DNA of 63,224 bases, the filler included, from Octopus bimaculoides (lineage: Eukaryota): assembly GCF_001194135.2 (NCBI RefSeq). It is 4 parts of 4 records of this genome, joined end to end, with 100 filler letters (N's around TTAATTAATTAA, not from the genome) between each part and the next. Parts side by side here need not be neighbours in the genome. Positions count along the whole stretch, not along the records: positions 42,088 to 61,976 come from NC_068985.1; positions 62,077 to 63,224 come from NW_026391329.1; 2 more parts are not named here. One strand, written 5' to 3'. Positions 50,656-63,224 of the stretch are shown piece by piece; the first letter of the stretch is position 1, and every line of letters starts with the position of its first letter. A program made the translations under genes and the position numbers. The notes beneath the pieces were generated by a model that did not search any database, was not told where the DNA came from, and worked only from the letters and a program-made list of their open reading frames with translations.

Positions 50656-53180
50656 TAGAGGTACCAAAATCTTTTAAATCCTTAAGGGCCTCTATGGGTT
50701 TTAATCTAGTCCTGTGCACAAGGCTAGAAATTTTGAGTGTTGCAAGATATTTGATACCTCATTCCCATTACTTGACTGTTGCTTTTTCCGTTGACTTCAT
50801 AAGGATGAAATTCAAAGTTGACCTTAGTGGAAAATGAACTTGGAATGTAAATGGCCAGAACAAACACGTAAGGCAATTTTTCCGAGACACTAATTATTCT
50901 ACCAATCATCTACCTTAATAATAATAGTAATAATAATTCTGATATAGATTAGACGTTATTATATATATGGAAGAGTTCTCACGTTGGAAAGTTACAGTTC
51001 TATGCGAGACCATCAAACAGAGTGCTTTGTGCTTTGCCCTTCATCCTGCTGGTACTTATAAAATAATGCACTAAGTCAAGCGCTAGAGTTTATTTAATTG
51101 ACTGAACAGAAACCTCTGTGTATGTATATTGATTTCAAATTTTGGCACAAGGCCAGCAATTTTGGGGGAAGAGATAAGTTGATTACATTGACCTCAGTGT
51201 TCAACTGGTACTTATTTTATTGACCCCGAAAGGATGAAAGGCAAAGTCGAACTTGGCAGAATTTTGAATTCATTATGTGAAGACGGATGAAATACCACTA
51301 GGCAGTTGGCTTGGTGCCCTAATGATTCTGTTAGCTTGCCACCTTTGTATGTGTGTTTATTAAAAGAATTATTATTATTATTGATAGTATAGTTGCTGAA
51401 ATGGTATAATTTGGAATTAAGTCCCCAACACTTCATATCACTTTTGTCCTAAAACTTTGCAGTGCAATAAAATTGAGCACCAGCTGGGGTACCACTGTCC
51501 CTACCCCTCCTCCTCTATAAATGTATGTAGTGTTAGATCAATCTGAGAGGAGGTGCCTCTACTTTAGGCACTCTCACTAGTGCTGGTGTCATGGTAACAC
51601 ACAACCAGTACATTTTACAAAGTATACTATGACAGGGAGTGCAGTTGCCCATAGAAATGAACCCCCAAAAAGGAAATGCACAATGAAGACAAGGTCCACT
51701 GTGCCATTTAGGAATGCAGTACCTGCAGATAAGACCTAGCTTAGATTAGGGTGACCTGTACAGTTTAAGCCAGGATAAAAGGCAAATTTAAAATGATGAT
51801 GATGATGATGTTAATATGATGAAAATGAGGATGATGATGATGTTTTGTTATATATATTCAAAATTCTGAGTTCAAATCTTTCAAGGGTGTGATATTGCAT
51901 TTAGAGTGTTCTCAGAGCAACATTCCTTAAATCTATATGGGACTGTCTACATGGTCACCAAAAGTAGCAGCCAAAGTTCCCCTTAAATTACTGCCTACTT
52001 TTTTAAAACCTGGAATGACATACTGGAAAATATAGTTTTTGATATCAAATGACAAAGGTCAGAGTTGACATGGTGTACTTTTGATAAGTTTGATCAAACA
52101 AGGCTGACTTTGAGCTTGTAACAAGAAGAAAATTAAGAGTTTGGATTATCACTTTAGAAAATATATATAGATGTGTGCATGTAAGAAGGTTTGAAATGTA
52201 TAAATGCATGTTTTACATTAAAGTAATGATAGATATCAGAANNNNNNNNNNTTTTTTTTTTTTTTTTTTTTGTTAATAAACATAACAATTTATTCCTTGA
52301 TCACACATGAAGTAGTAAGTACATCAGAGATAAGTGTTCAAGGCAACAAGGTGTAGTGAGACATGAGTTAATTTCTTAATACACATCAAGGTAGTTAGAT
52401 CCAGTATTTGGCTGCAAATCTAAAATATCCAATGAATTTTGTAGTGGTTGTGAGGCTTGGTAGAAATCCTATGGTTGTATGAATACTGTTTTCTGATCAG
52501 CGTGAGTTCAGCAACATTTTGTCGTCTGGACGAACAACTGATATGTTTACATCTCGATGTCTTTTCGGGAACTGATTATTGCCTTTCAAAACTCATGCTT
52601 CACTGCTGGGTCATGTGTCTCCGTCCATGGTCAGCAGTGATTAGATGTTTGTATGTACGGATTGGTAAATTTAAAATAATTTAGTTTCTTTTACTATTGC
52701 GAAGTAATAATAATTACTGAATTTGTTTTTAAGCTTAAAAATGGCTTTTATTTTACCATGTCTTATTGCAAACTGCATTCATAAAAAAGCGTCCATGATG
52801 TATAGTAAATACTGTCAAATTGTATTCATAAATTTAGATTACTTTTTTTTTACTGTATTGTATTAAAAAATAAAAATTATTTGTTTGTAAGCTTAAAATA
52901 GGTTTTTACTAACCATGTATTATTGAAAATCCATTCATAAATAAAGTACAGAACTTGGAATGGTTATTATTGGTTTAGCCTAGAGACAAGTAAATTCGGC
53001 CTAGCCCAGCCTAGAGATATGTTAATTCAGCTTAAGTCATTTTTCGATGTAAGTCATGTTTCCTGGAACTAATTAACGACGTAGGGTGAGGTATGCCTGT
53101 ATTATGTTTATTAAATAGTATATATATACATATATTTTCATACATACATGCACACACACAATCACATACTCACATATGTA

Positions 53181-53246
<66 letters not shown>

Positions 53247-53489
53247 TATATATATGTATATATATTGTATATATATCATGAAAACTACAAGTCTTGTGAA
53301 GTACAGCCACAGAGTTTTGTGGCCAAACATCAATTTATTCTGCCTTTTATCAAGCTGAGAACAAAACTGTTTGCCAGTTGCTTTTTAAGCAGATGACCTT
53401 TGAACAGGGAATGCTCATAAGGAAGACAACAGTAAAAAAAGCACAAGGGTTAGATTAGTGTCACAGATATATGTGATTCAGTTGGCTTA

Positions 53490-54480
53490 TACATGTTAAA
53501 TTATCTAAATTCAAAATTCCTCAACGACAGCATCGGTATATATCAGGGCAACGCTTTAGCAGTGTCACACAGTTGTGATGACGACACTATAGATTACCTT
53601 AGAACGCAGTTAGTTTCTCCCTTCAACTCTTTAGGACTTAATATTTCTTTCAACACTAATCTACCTAGGACTAACCTTTTAGATGTTACCTTAGGCCTCA
53701 AAACTAATTCCTTTTAATGAGACTAACGAGAACCTTAAATATATTAATAAACATTTTTGTCATACACCTACTGTATTTAAAAACTCAATTCCAAACATTA
53801 GCCATAGGATCACATACTTTTCTTCTTCAGAAGAAATATTTGTAACGGCTGCCTCATATTATAAGACTCTGCAGGTTAGTGGCTTTACACACTAAATCTT
53901 TTACAGCTCCCATCTCCTCCATTACCTAGTTTGAAGAATAGATCTCAGAAAGTTTTATAATTCATTCCTTTCTCCCTTAATGTTAGGACGAATGTAGGTA
54001 GAAGATTCTTGCATTTAATAGATATTCACTTTCCTAGAACCCATAAATACAGTAAGATCTTCAACAGACACACATTTTCTTGTACTCTTAACGTTAAGAC
54101 ATATATCAATAAGCATCTAATGACTAAAGCCTGCTCCAGATGCACAAGCAAAAACAAATATAAGCATCTTCTGTGGTATAAATGTGATATATCTGCCATT
54201 GTTTATAAAGCACAGATATCAGCAAACTATGTTGAAGGTTGAACAGAAATCAAGGAAAATTTAAATCAAGATACAACAACCATCTTTTGACATTTAGACA
54301 CCATGATAAGAGACATTCAACCACCCTTTCAGCTTTAATTTGGAAACTTAGAAACAAAGGGACCAACTACAACATCAAATGGAAAATCCTTTCCAAAACC
54401 AGACTTTATATTAACAGGTCAAAGAGATGTTCAGTATGTTCTCTTGAAATACTATATTTCTTAAAGAACTTGAAAGCCTC
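53490..54480 (+). mobile_element. Degenerate Penelope-like element (RT C-terminal half through GIY-YIG region)
   Basis: IGIYQGNALA, TNLLDVTL, NVGRRFLHLIDIHFPRTHKYSKIFNRHT and QGKFKSRYNNHLLTFRH...TTLSALIWKL...YNIKWKIL...SKRCSVC. Confidence 0.8.
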
Positions 54481-54672
54481 CAGCGAGTATGAAGATTCCT
54501 TAGATGGGATTTTTTTTCTTAATGTCCACATTTTGAAAAATAAATCTTGATAGAATTTTGAAATAGGCCACCAGACACATCGTAAACCATTAATATCTTG
54601 TTTATGGTTTTTTGACATTTGTATATTATAATATTGGTTAATTCCCCTATGCTTTTCTTTCTGTATACATAT

Positions 54673-54715
<43 letters not shown>

Positions 54716-55186
54716 CATGTGCACACACGCACGCACGTGCACACACACACACAGTGCACACACACACACACACACACACACGACAAGATTCCATACATTT
54801 TCTGTAAACCAGACAAAGCAGTGGTTGACCTGAGTCTATAAAAAGGATATTTCACCAAAGATGTCACACACTGGGACTGAACCCAAAACCATCGAGTTTC
54901 AAAGTAAACTTCTTAACAGTACATTCTGCCTGCATCTTGTACATACATACATACATACATACATATGTATGTGAGTGTTTCAATATATAGATTCATAACA
55001 TACTTATGTTTTTATGCATGCACATATTTCCATGTATGTATATATTTTTACACATACACACACAGATATATATTCATATAAATATGTGTGTGTGTGTGTG
55101 TGTATGTATATGGACTCATAAACACACTCATACATATATTAATACTTGTATCAATTCATATATACATGTGTGTGTGTGTATGTGTA

Positions 55187-55259
<73 letters not shown>

Positions 55260-55820
55260 NNNNNNNNNNNNNNNNNNNNNNNNNNNNNNNNNNNNNNNNN
55301 NNNNNNNNNNNNNNNNNNNNNNNNNNNNNNNNNNNNNNNNNNNNNNNNNNNNNNNNNNNNNNNNNNNNNNNNNNNNNNNNNNNNNNNNNNNNNNNNNNNN
55401 NNNNNNNNNNNNNNNNNNNNNNNNNNNNNNNNNNNNNNNNNNNNNNNNNNNNNNNNNNNNNNNNNNNNNNNNNNNNNNNNNNNNNNNNNNNNNNNNNNNN
55501 NNNNNNNNNNNNNNNNNNNNNNNNNNNNNNNNNNNNNNNNNNNNNNNNNNNNNNNNNNNNNNNNNNNNNNNNNNNNNNNNNNNNNNNNNNNNNNNNNNNN
55601 NNNNNNNNNNNNNNNNNNNNNNNNNNNNNNNNNNNNNNNNNNNNNNNNNNNNNNNNNNNNNNNNNNNNNNNNNNNNNNNNNNNNNNNNNNNNNNNNNNNN
55701 NNNNNNNNNNNNNNNNNNNNNNNNNNNNNNNNNNNNNNNNNNNNNNNNNNNNNNNNNNNNNNNNNNNNNNNNNNNNNNNNNNNNNNNNNNNNNNNNNNNN
55801 NNNNNNNNNNNNNNNNNNNN

Positions 55821-55878
<58 letters not shown>

Positions 55879-55995
55879 TGCAAGTATTTATGCACACAGA
55901 TATATTTAATGTGTGCACAGACACATACCTTTAAAGCTATCTATAACTCTCCATTTCCCCTTTCATCCCAACCACAACTAACTATTACTACTACA

Positions 55996-56026
<31 letters not shown>

Positions 56027-56575
56027 TTACCACCACCACCATCATCGCCAGTGTTGTTGTTCTTGTCATTGTTGTCCTTCATACAATTCATTAGGTCCCA
56101 AATAAATAAGCCACATTTGAATTTTTAATCAAGTAGCTTTTATATACTAATTCTTCAATCGGTTTGGCCCATTAGGGTACAGATTGCACCATCATTTCCT
56201 CTTGGTCTGCTTTTGTACTTCCTGAATAGAACAGAATGGATAAACAAGCAATTGAATGAATATTTCCATATATCACTCTCAAACCATCCCACCATTCTTT
56301 CTCTGTCACTTACATCCTGGCTTTGTGTGTATGTATATAAATGTGTGTATATATATATATCTAACATGTATGTGTGTGTATGTGTTCATGCATATATATA
56401 TATATATATATATGAATATATAGATATATATATATAGAGAGAGAGGGGGAGAGAGAAAGTGAGAGAGACATAGACATTTATATAATTAGGTGTGTGTATA
56501 TGGACATATTTATGTTCGAACAGACACTCACACATACTTATGTCTGTGAGAGTACTTATTAATAAATGTATTTCT

Positions 56576-56639
<64 letters not shown>

Positions 56640-56689
56640 TATATATATATGTATGTATGCATGTATATGATGTATGTATGCATGTGTTT

Positions 56690-56905
56690 AAGGCAGTGAG
56701 CTTGGCAGAAACGTTACCACACTGGGTGAAATGCTTAGTGGTATTTCGTTTGTCTTTACGTTCTGTGTTCAAATTCCTCCGAGGTCAGCTTTGCCTTTCA
56801 TCTTTTCGGGGTCAATAAATTAAGTACCAGTTGTGTACTGGGGTTGATCTAATTGACTGGCCCCCTCCGCCAAAATTTCAGGCCTTGTGCCGAGAGTAGA
56901 AAAGA
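56690..56905 (+). mobile_element. tRNA-derived SINE, family B, representative copy
   Basis: GGCAGTGAGCTTGGCAGAA...TTCAAATTCC...GGTCAGCTTTGCCTTTCATC...AAATTTCAGGCCTTGTG. Homologous copies at about 3732-3925, 33220-33425(-), 46062-46280, 46380-46615, 48290-48500(-), 49260-49570(-, two partial), 51130-51340(-) and 59475-59690. Confidence 0.88.
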
Positions 56906-56947
56906 ATATATGTCTGTGGTTATGTATCTACATATACATACACATCA

Positions 56948-56983
<36 letters not shown>

Positions 56984-57739
56984 TGCATGTATGCACATAC
57001 ATATATAAATATATATGTGTTACTTATAAAAATAGATACACAGTTTTGTACTCATGCCATTATGTATATGTAAGTGTGTAGGACCATATGTATGTGTGTA
57101 TATACATATATATATATATATGCATATATAACGGTGTGGCTGTGTGGTAAGGAGCTTGCCTTCCAACCACATGGTTTCGGGTTCAGTCCTACTGCATGGC
57201 ATCTTTGGCAAGTGTCTTCTACTATAACCTTGGGCTAGCTCATTGCGTGTGTGTGTGTGTGTGTGTGTGCATGCATGCATGCATGTGTCTTTGTGTCTAT
57301 GCTTGTTCCCTGCCACTGCTTGACAACCAGTGCTGGTGTGTTTACATCTGTAACTTAGCAATTTGGCCTAAGAGACCGATAGATTAAGTACCAGGTTTAA
57401 AAAAAAAGAGGAATAAGTACTGGGCTTGATTCATCTGACTAAAAACAAAATCTTCAAGTCAGTGCTGCAACATAGCTGCAGTCTAATGGCTTAAACTAGT
57501 GGAAGATAAAAGATATATATATATTCTTCAAGTGGCTGCAACTAAGATGCATCACACAAAGTTGCATCAGGAATACTTGTTCTCTGTTACCTTTGTTTTC
57601 AGGTTCATGTTGTGTCTGCCAATAACATCAATATAATTGAGTGGTCTTTGTTCTCTATTAGTCTCCAAAATATAAAACTTCCCATATGATAACAGTGGTC
57701 AGCAAAACCTACTCTGCCTTGAGTAATATTAGCAGATGG

Positions 57740-58470
57740 ATGGAATTTTGCCATTTTAGCTTATCTCTAGCCTTGTACTCATGCCTTTCAATATTTTGAA
57801 AGCCCTCTTCAGAAGTTTGGTATATGCACTTTCATAGTGATCTTGAATCTGCTTTTCTTAGTTCAGATTTTGGCTGTGTTGAAAAGAATGATCTCTGCAC
57901 ATATCCAGGGAAGGGCCAGCCTTGTTAACTTTGAAGTATTTAATTCCTGGAAGCTTGTTACAAAGGGGCTTTAAGGGCCTGGTTGGAGGACCAACCTTCC
58001 AAGTTCTTTTACGGGACTTAAATAAACTGAAGGACCGCTGCAATAAGTGTGTGAATCTGAGAGGGGAATGTGTTGGATAAAATCATAACTAACTGATCCT
58101 CCTGTATTTTCTTTTACCCAAAGCCAGGAACTTTTCATCACCCCTTTTTACATATACTCCAGGATTGTTCCTTGTATGTCAGGAAGTTTTACTTACTGCC
58201 AGCAACATAGGCCCCAAGGGATTTCTAGTCACTGACCACTTTTAATAGGGTGCCATCATTGGAACAAATTGGCAGGTGGCTTTGAAGTTCATTGATGGTC
58301 ATGCACAAAGTCTCCTTTGCTTTGAAACAGACTGGTTTTGGTTGTAGCATTCTTAAAGGAGTCAGTATCCCTACGGAAACCAATTTAACCATAGTTAACC
58401 TCTTAGTTGCAACACTAGATTTAAACATTAGCTGTTACAAGCCCTACCACATACAAGTTGAGCATTGGGA
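57740..58470 (-). mobile_element. Degenerate RTE-like LINE ORF2 fragment
   Basis: On -: KSLGAYV (YLG-like) and AYTKLLKRA..N; homologous to 35100-35290. Confidence 0.5.
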
Positions 58471-58589
58471 TTGAAGTAATTAACTAGACCCCCTCCTAGT
58501 AAAATGTGCCTGCATGAGAAAATGAGAAATGACTATCATCATCACTACTATTATTATACTATTACCACTACTAACATCACTACTATTAC

Positions 58590-59080
58590 CACTTGACCAT
58601 TGTCCCTGCCACATTTGCTGGTTGACCAAGCTGGTGCACTTACTCTTCCACTTTCTGTCGAAGGGATGCATTCCACTGGTCAGGCGCTCTATCTACTGCC
58701 AACAGCCACTGAATGGAGGGCTGAGCATGCCGTGGTTGCTGATATGCAGACATGTACTCAGGCTACAGCATCTCCAGTGTTTCCTTGACGGTGAGCAGGT
58801 GTGGTCACCGTTTGTCAGACTCGCTTTTCTACAGCTCATCTCTTTGACTGAGCTGCAAACCTGGATTAGGCATAGGCCGAGGAGGGGCACTTGGCACGTT
58901 AAGTGCCGTCAGACACTCACAGCTCTCTGCCAGGTGGGCAATGCGGTTGGTTGTAGTTCCACTCTAGCATTCATTCTGTAGAGGGCTAGTGGAGGGAAAG
59001 TGCAACAACATTCTTGGGGAAAATCTGGGTGTCAGTGAGGATCAACTAACCAGTCTGTTTCAGAGAACTTTGGGGCCTTA
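58590..59080 (+). mobile_element. Tx1/L1-clade LINE ORF2 post-RT fragment
   Basis: LFHFLSKGCIPLVRR...PLNGGLSMP...LRLQHL, which resembles the conserved F.W......V.....P...GGL..P segment. Confidence 0.6.
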
Positions 59081-59089
59081 CCAAAGGCA

Positions 59090-59425
59090 GAGGTATTGTT
59101 TTAAGTTCTGTCTGTTCATTTGTTTGTCCAGGGACAAGATATCTCAAGAACCGCTGGATGGATTCAGATGAAACTTTCAGGGATGATTGACCTCGTGACT
59201 GGCACAAACTGATTAGATTTGGGGATTCATCTAGTGCTGGACAAGGATTCTGGATTATTTTTCTGGATTTTTTACTTAATTTTTGAGAGTGGCTGAATTC
59301 AATTTTAGTATTCTCGTTTGTCGAGTTTATTTCAGATATTCTCATTTTAAAAATCATCTCCAGCTAATCATTGAGAGAACGTTGATGTTGCCTTGGCAGA
59401 GGTTTGCACTCTGTGAGTGCTCTTG
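59090..59425 (+). mobile_element. DINE/HINE-like (Helentron-type) non-autonomous element
   Basis: CTGTCTGTT...GATATCTCAAGAACCGCTGGATGGATT..ATGAAACTTT core and a terminal GGCAGAGGTTTGCACTCT segment. Family assignment is from recall. Confidence 0.45.
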
Positions 59426-59688
59426 TTATTATTATTATCATTATGATTATTATTATTATTATTATTGAAAACAGCAAGCTGGCAGAATCATTAGCACGCT
59501 GGGCAATATGCTTAGCAGTACTTCCTCTGCTGCTACATTCTGTGTTCAAATTCCACTGAGGTCGACTTTGCCTTTCATCCTTTCAAGGTTGATTAAATTG
59601 GTACCAGTTATGCACTGGGGTTGATGTAATTGACTTAATCCCCTCCATCAAGCTGCCCTTATGGCAAAAATTTGAAATCATTATTATG

Positions 59689-59733
<45 letters not shown>

Positions 59734-59901
59734 GCAGTTAATGTTACTTTATTTAGTCTTAAATGAATTTAATTCATTATTCATGCAAATACTCTTACCA
59801 TGAGCCTAATATGTATGCTTGTATCATAAGCATTAATACACATAAGTGAACATATGTGCACACATATATTATATACATATGTATGTGCTTATATCTATCT
59901 A

Positions 59902-59940
<39 letters not shown>

Positions 59941-60541
59941 NNNNNNNNNNNNNNNNNNNNNNNNNNNNNNNNNNNNNNNNNNNNNNNNNNNNNNNNNNNN
60001 NNNNNNNNNNNNNNNNNNNNNNNNNNNNNNNNNNNNNNNNNNNNNNNNNNNNNNNNNNNNNNNNNNNNNNNNNNNNNNNNNNNNNNNNNNNNNNNNNNNN
60101 NNNNNNNNNNNNNNNNNNNNNNNNNNNNNNNNNNNNNNNNNNNNNNNNNNNNNNNNNNNNNNNNNNNNNNNNNNNNNNNNNNNNNNNNNNNNNNNNNNNN
60201 NNNNNNNNNNNNNNNNNNNNNNNNNNNNNNNNNNNNNNNNNNNNNNNNNNNNNNNNNNNNNNNNNNNNNNNNNNNNNNNNNNNNNNNNNNNNNNNNNNNN
60301 NNNNNNNNNNNNNNNNNNNNNNNNNNNNNNNNNNNNNNNNNNNNNNNNNNNNNNNNNNNNNNNNNNNNNNNNNNNNNNNNNNNNNNNNNNNNNNNNNNNN
60401 NNNNNNNNNNNNNNNNNNNNNNNNNNNNNNNNNNNNNNNNNGAATGTCCTGAAATCTTTCACAGCTTTGGATGTTTTATCTCATTCTGTTAATTTATATA
60501 TATATATACACACACACATGTATGTACATATATGTATAGGG

Positions 60542-60590
<49 letters not shown>

Positions 60591-60872
60591 TAGATAGATA
60601 GATAGATACGTAGGCAGATAGATACATTTATGTATATCTATATATATGTGGGTATGTATAAAAGTACTGGTGCATTTTCGTAAGTATTGAGTATTGTATA
60701 TATAAATGTGTATATTTATATTTGCCTGTATACATGCATATACATATGCATACATACACACACGCATGCACACACACACATACACACACCACACGTGTGC
60801 ACATGTAGTGTTTTAATGTCTCTCTAGGTCTCCATATATATTACAATGCACAAATGCATATTGTTCTATTTG

Positions 60873-60929
<57 letters not shown>

Positions 60930-63224
60930 TGCCTGAAATTGTCTACAGTTATAAACATTTTACTTTTTCTTTAATTATCACAATCATCGTTATGATCATT
61001 ATCATCCTTCTCTTCCATTATTTATTATCATTATCATTTTTATTATCATTATTATTATCATTATTATTATTGTTATTATGATTATTTTACATATTATACT
61101 TAGTCTCCCCACCCCACTTTTTTTTTAAATTTCATTTATCTAGCTCTTCTTTTAGCCATTGTTCTGCTTTGTTGATTGTTAAGCAGGAAACTCAGTCCAA
61201 GGAAGTCCTTTCACTATGCTTGGTTAGCGTCAATATTTTGGCATGTACTGGTACCATATCATTAACTCTCTCCCTCTTTCTTTCTCTCTCTCTTCTCTTC
61301 TCTTCTTTTCCCTCTATACTCTGTGTTTCCTCCTTTTCTATTTCACTTTTCCTCTTTGTGTCTCTCAAAAATAACCTATATCTATAAGGAAAAACAAAAA
61401 CCTTTTTTAAAAATATGATGCTGGCTGGGGTTATACATGTATGCATATGTATGTACATGTATGTATATGTATATATGCTATGTGTCTCACCCCCCACACC
61501 AATCTCTCACCCACAAACCTTTGCTGACATTACATCTATCCACTGCAAACCACTACCACCACCACCACCAACAACAACTCTGCCATCATTAATAAATCTT
61601 TTTTTAATACAATAGTAATAAATGGTATAAATGGTGTCGGAATTGAAATCCAAATTCTGAACAGACGGACTTTTAACAATAAGGATCAGTAAACACAAAG
61701 CATCATTTTACAGCTAAACAATGCATTGTGTTGTTGTGTATGTGTGTATGTGAGTGTATACATACATATAAACATATATATATATATGCACACACTCACA
61801 CATATATGCATATATATGCATGCACGCATGCATGTCAATGTGTGTATTATATATATATATATACAAAATTATTTATATGTATATAATTATAATTGTACTG
61901 ATGTATGTAGAAAGTTATATATGTATATAAATATATATATATATGTGTATATATATATATATATATATTATATATANNNNNNNNNNNNNNNNNNNNNNNN
62001 NNNNNNNNNNNNNNNNNNNNTTAATTAATTAANNNNNNNNNNNNNNNNNNNNNNNNNNNNNNNNNNNNNNNNNNNNGTGCTGATAAACTCTATCGAATAA
62101 CAAGTAAGTGTCCGCAGCTGTTCTTCCTCTTCAAACAATCAAATGACTTTTTCTTTAATGAGATGCCAATTGTGAGAATTGTTGATCCTTCAGATCACGC
62201 GCACACGCGCATGCACAGATAGATATACATACGTAAATGCACACATACATACATATATATGTGTATGTGTATATGTATCTGTGTGATTGTGTGTATATGT
62301 ATCTGTGTGATTGTGTGTATATGTATCTGTGTGATATATATGTATATATGTATACATATATGTGTGTGCATATATACACACACATATGTAAATATATATA
62401 GAGAAACTTACATATATATATACATGCATAGGCTCAAACACATATATAATGCACATGCACACACAATGAGAAGTATTTAAAAAATTGCTGACCCAAATCA
62501 TTTCTTAGTAAGTTATTGATCCAGTTACATGTTTCCTTTTTTTCTACCTTGTCATCCATGTGATGTGTTCATGCATGTGTGCTTTAGGCTAATGGTAGCA
62601 CCCAGAAACACACACATTTATTGATATTCATACAAACATGCTCACTTAAGCAGACATACACTCACAGCAAATATCTGCGCATACTCGCATACGTACATAC
62701 ATACATACATACATACATACATACATACATGCATGCNNNNNNNNNNATACATACATACATACATGCATGCATGCATACATGCATACATACATACATCCGT
62801 CTGTTCATTCACCCATCCATCTGTAATTATTGAGGTACTGGGATATGTAACACACTGCCTAAGTCTCAATCTTGTGAAATTAAGCTTCTCAAAACCAGAA
62901 AAGAGAAAGCTGATTCGAAGTCTACAGATCCAAGCCATCACTGGAACTGTAANNNNNNNNNNNNNNNNNNNNNNNNNNNNNNNNNNNNNNNNNNNNNNNN
63001 NNNNNNNNNNNNNNNNNNNNNNNNNNNNNNNNNNNNNNNNNNNNNNNNNNNNNNNNNNNNNNNNNNNNNNNNNNNNNNNNNNNNNNNATACATACATACA
63101 TACATACATACATACATACATGCAAAAATATCCTGTTATTGATGTTGAAATTCCAATGAAGGAGCCTTGGATACAGGTTAGAAACTGACTCTTTCTCTAT
63201 TGGCAAGAAATCTTGAAATAAAAC

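Overview
This is AT-rich, gap-riddled eukaryotic genomic DNA, dense in microsatellites and SINEs. The repeat families and style look like a cephalopod (Octopus-like) draft assembly; that is an inference. Nearly all ORF-track entries are microsatellite or N-gap artefacts. The real coding content is a pair of previously unlabelled 5-exon paralogous genes arranged tail-to-tail as an inverted duplication. Gene A is on + (about 2066-8988; most of exon 1 is in a gap) and gene B is on - (23579-14639; complete 282-aa ORF). I reconstructed both by hand from GT-AG sites with matching exon lengths and phases (179/164/161 nt). Each encodes a probable secreted protein: signal peptide (visible only in B), a degenerate PAN/apple-like module, and a ~185-aa Trp/Cys-patterned domain I cannot name. 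The paralogs differ almost only by amino-acid-changing substitutions in exon 4 (24 nonsynonymous codons versus 1 synonymous). The rest is a transposon graveyard: R4/Dong-like, RTE, Tx1 and Penelope retroelements, a Gypsy LTR fragment, mariner and Tc1 relics, and two or three SINE families. It also holds two long fold-back palindromes, degenerate hammerhead-ribozyme-like motifs and an interstitial telomeric array. No rRNA, intact tRNA or CRISPR array was seen.
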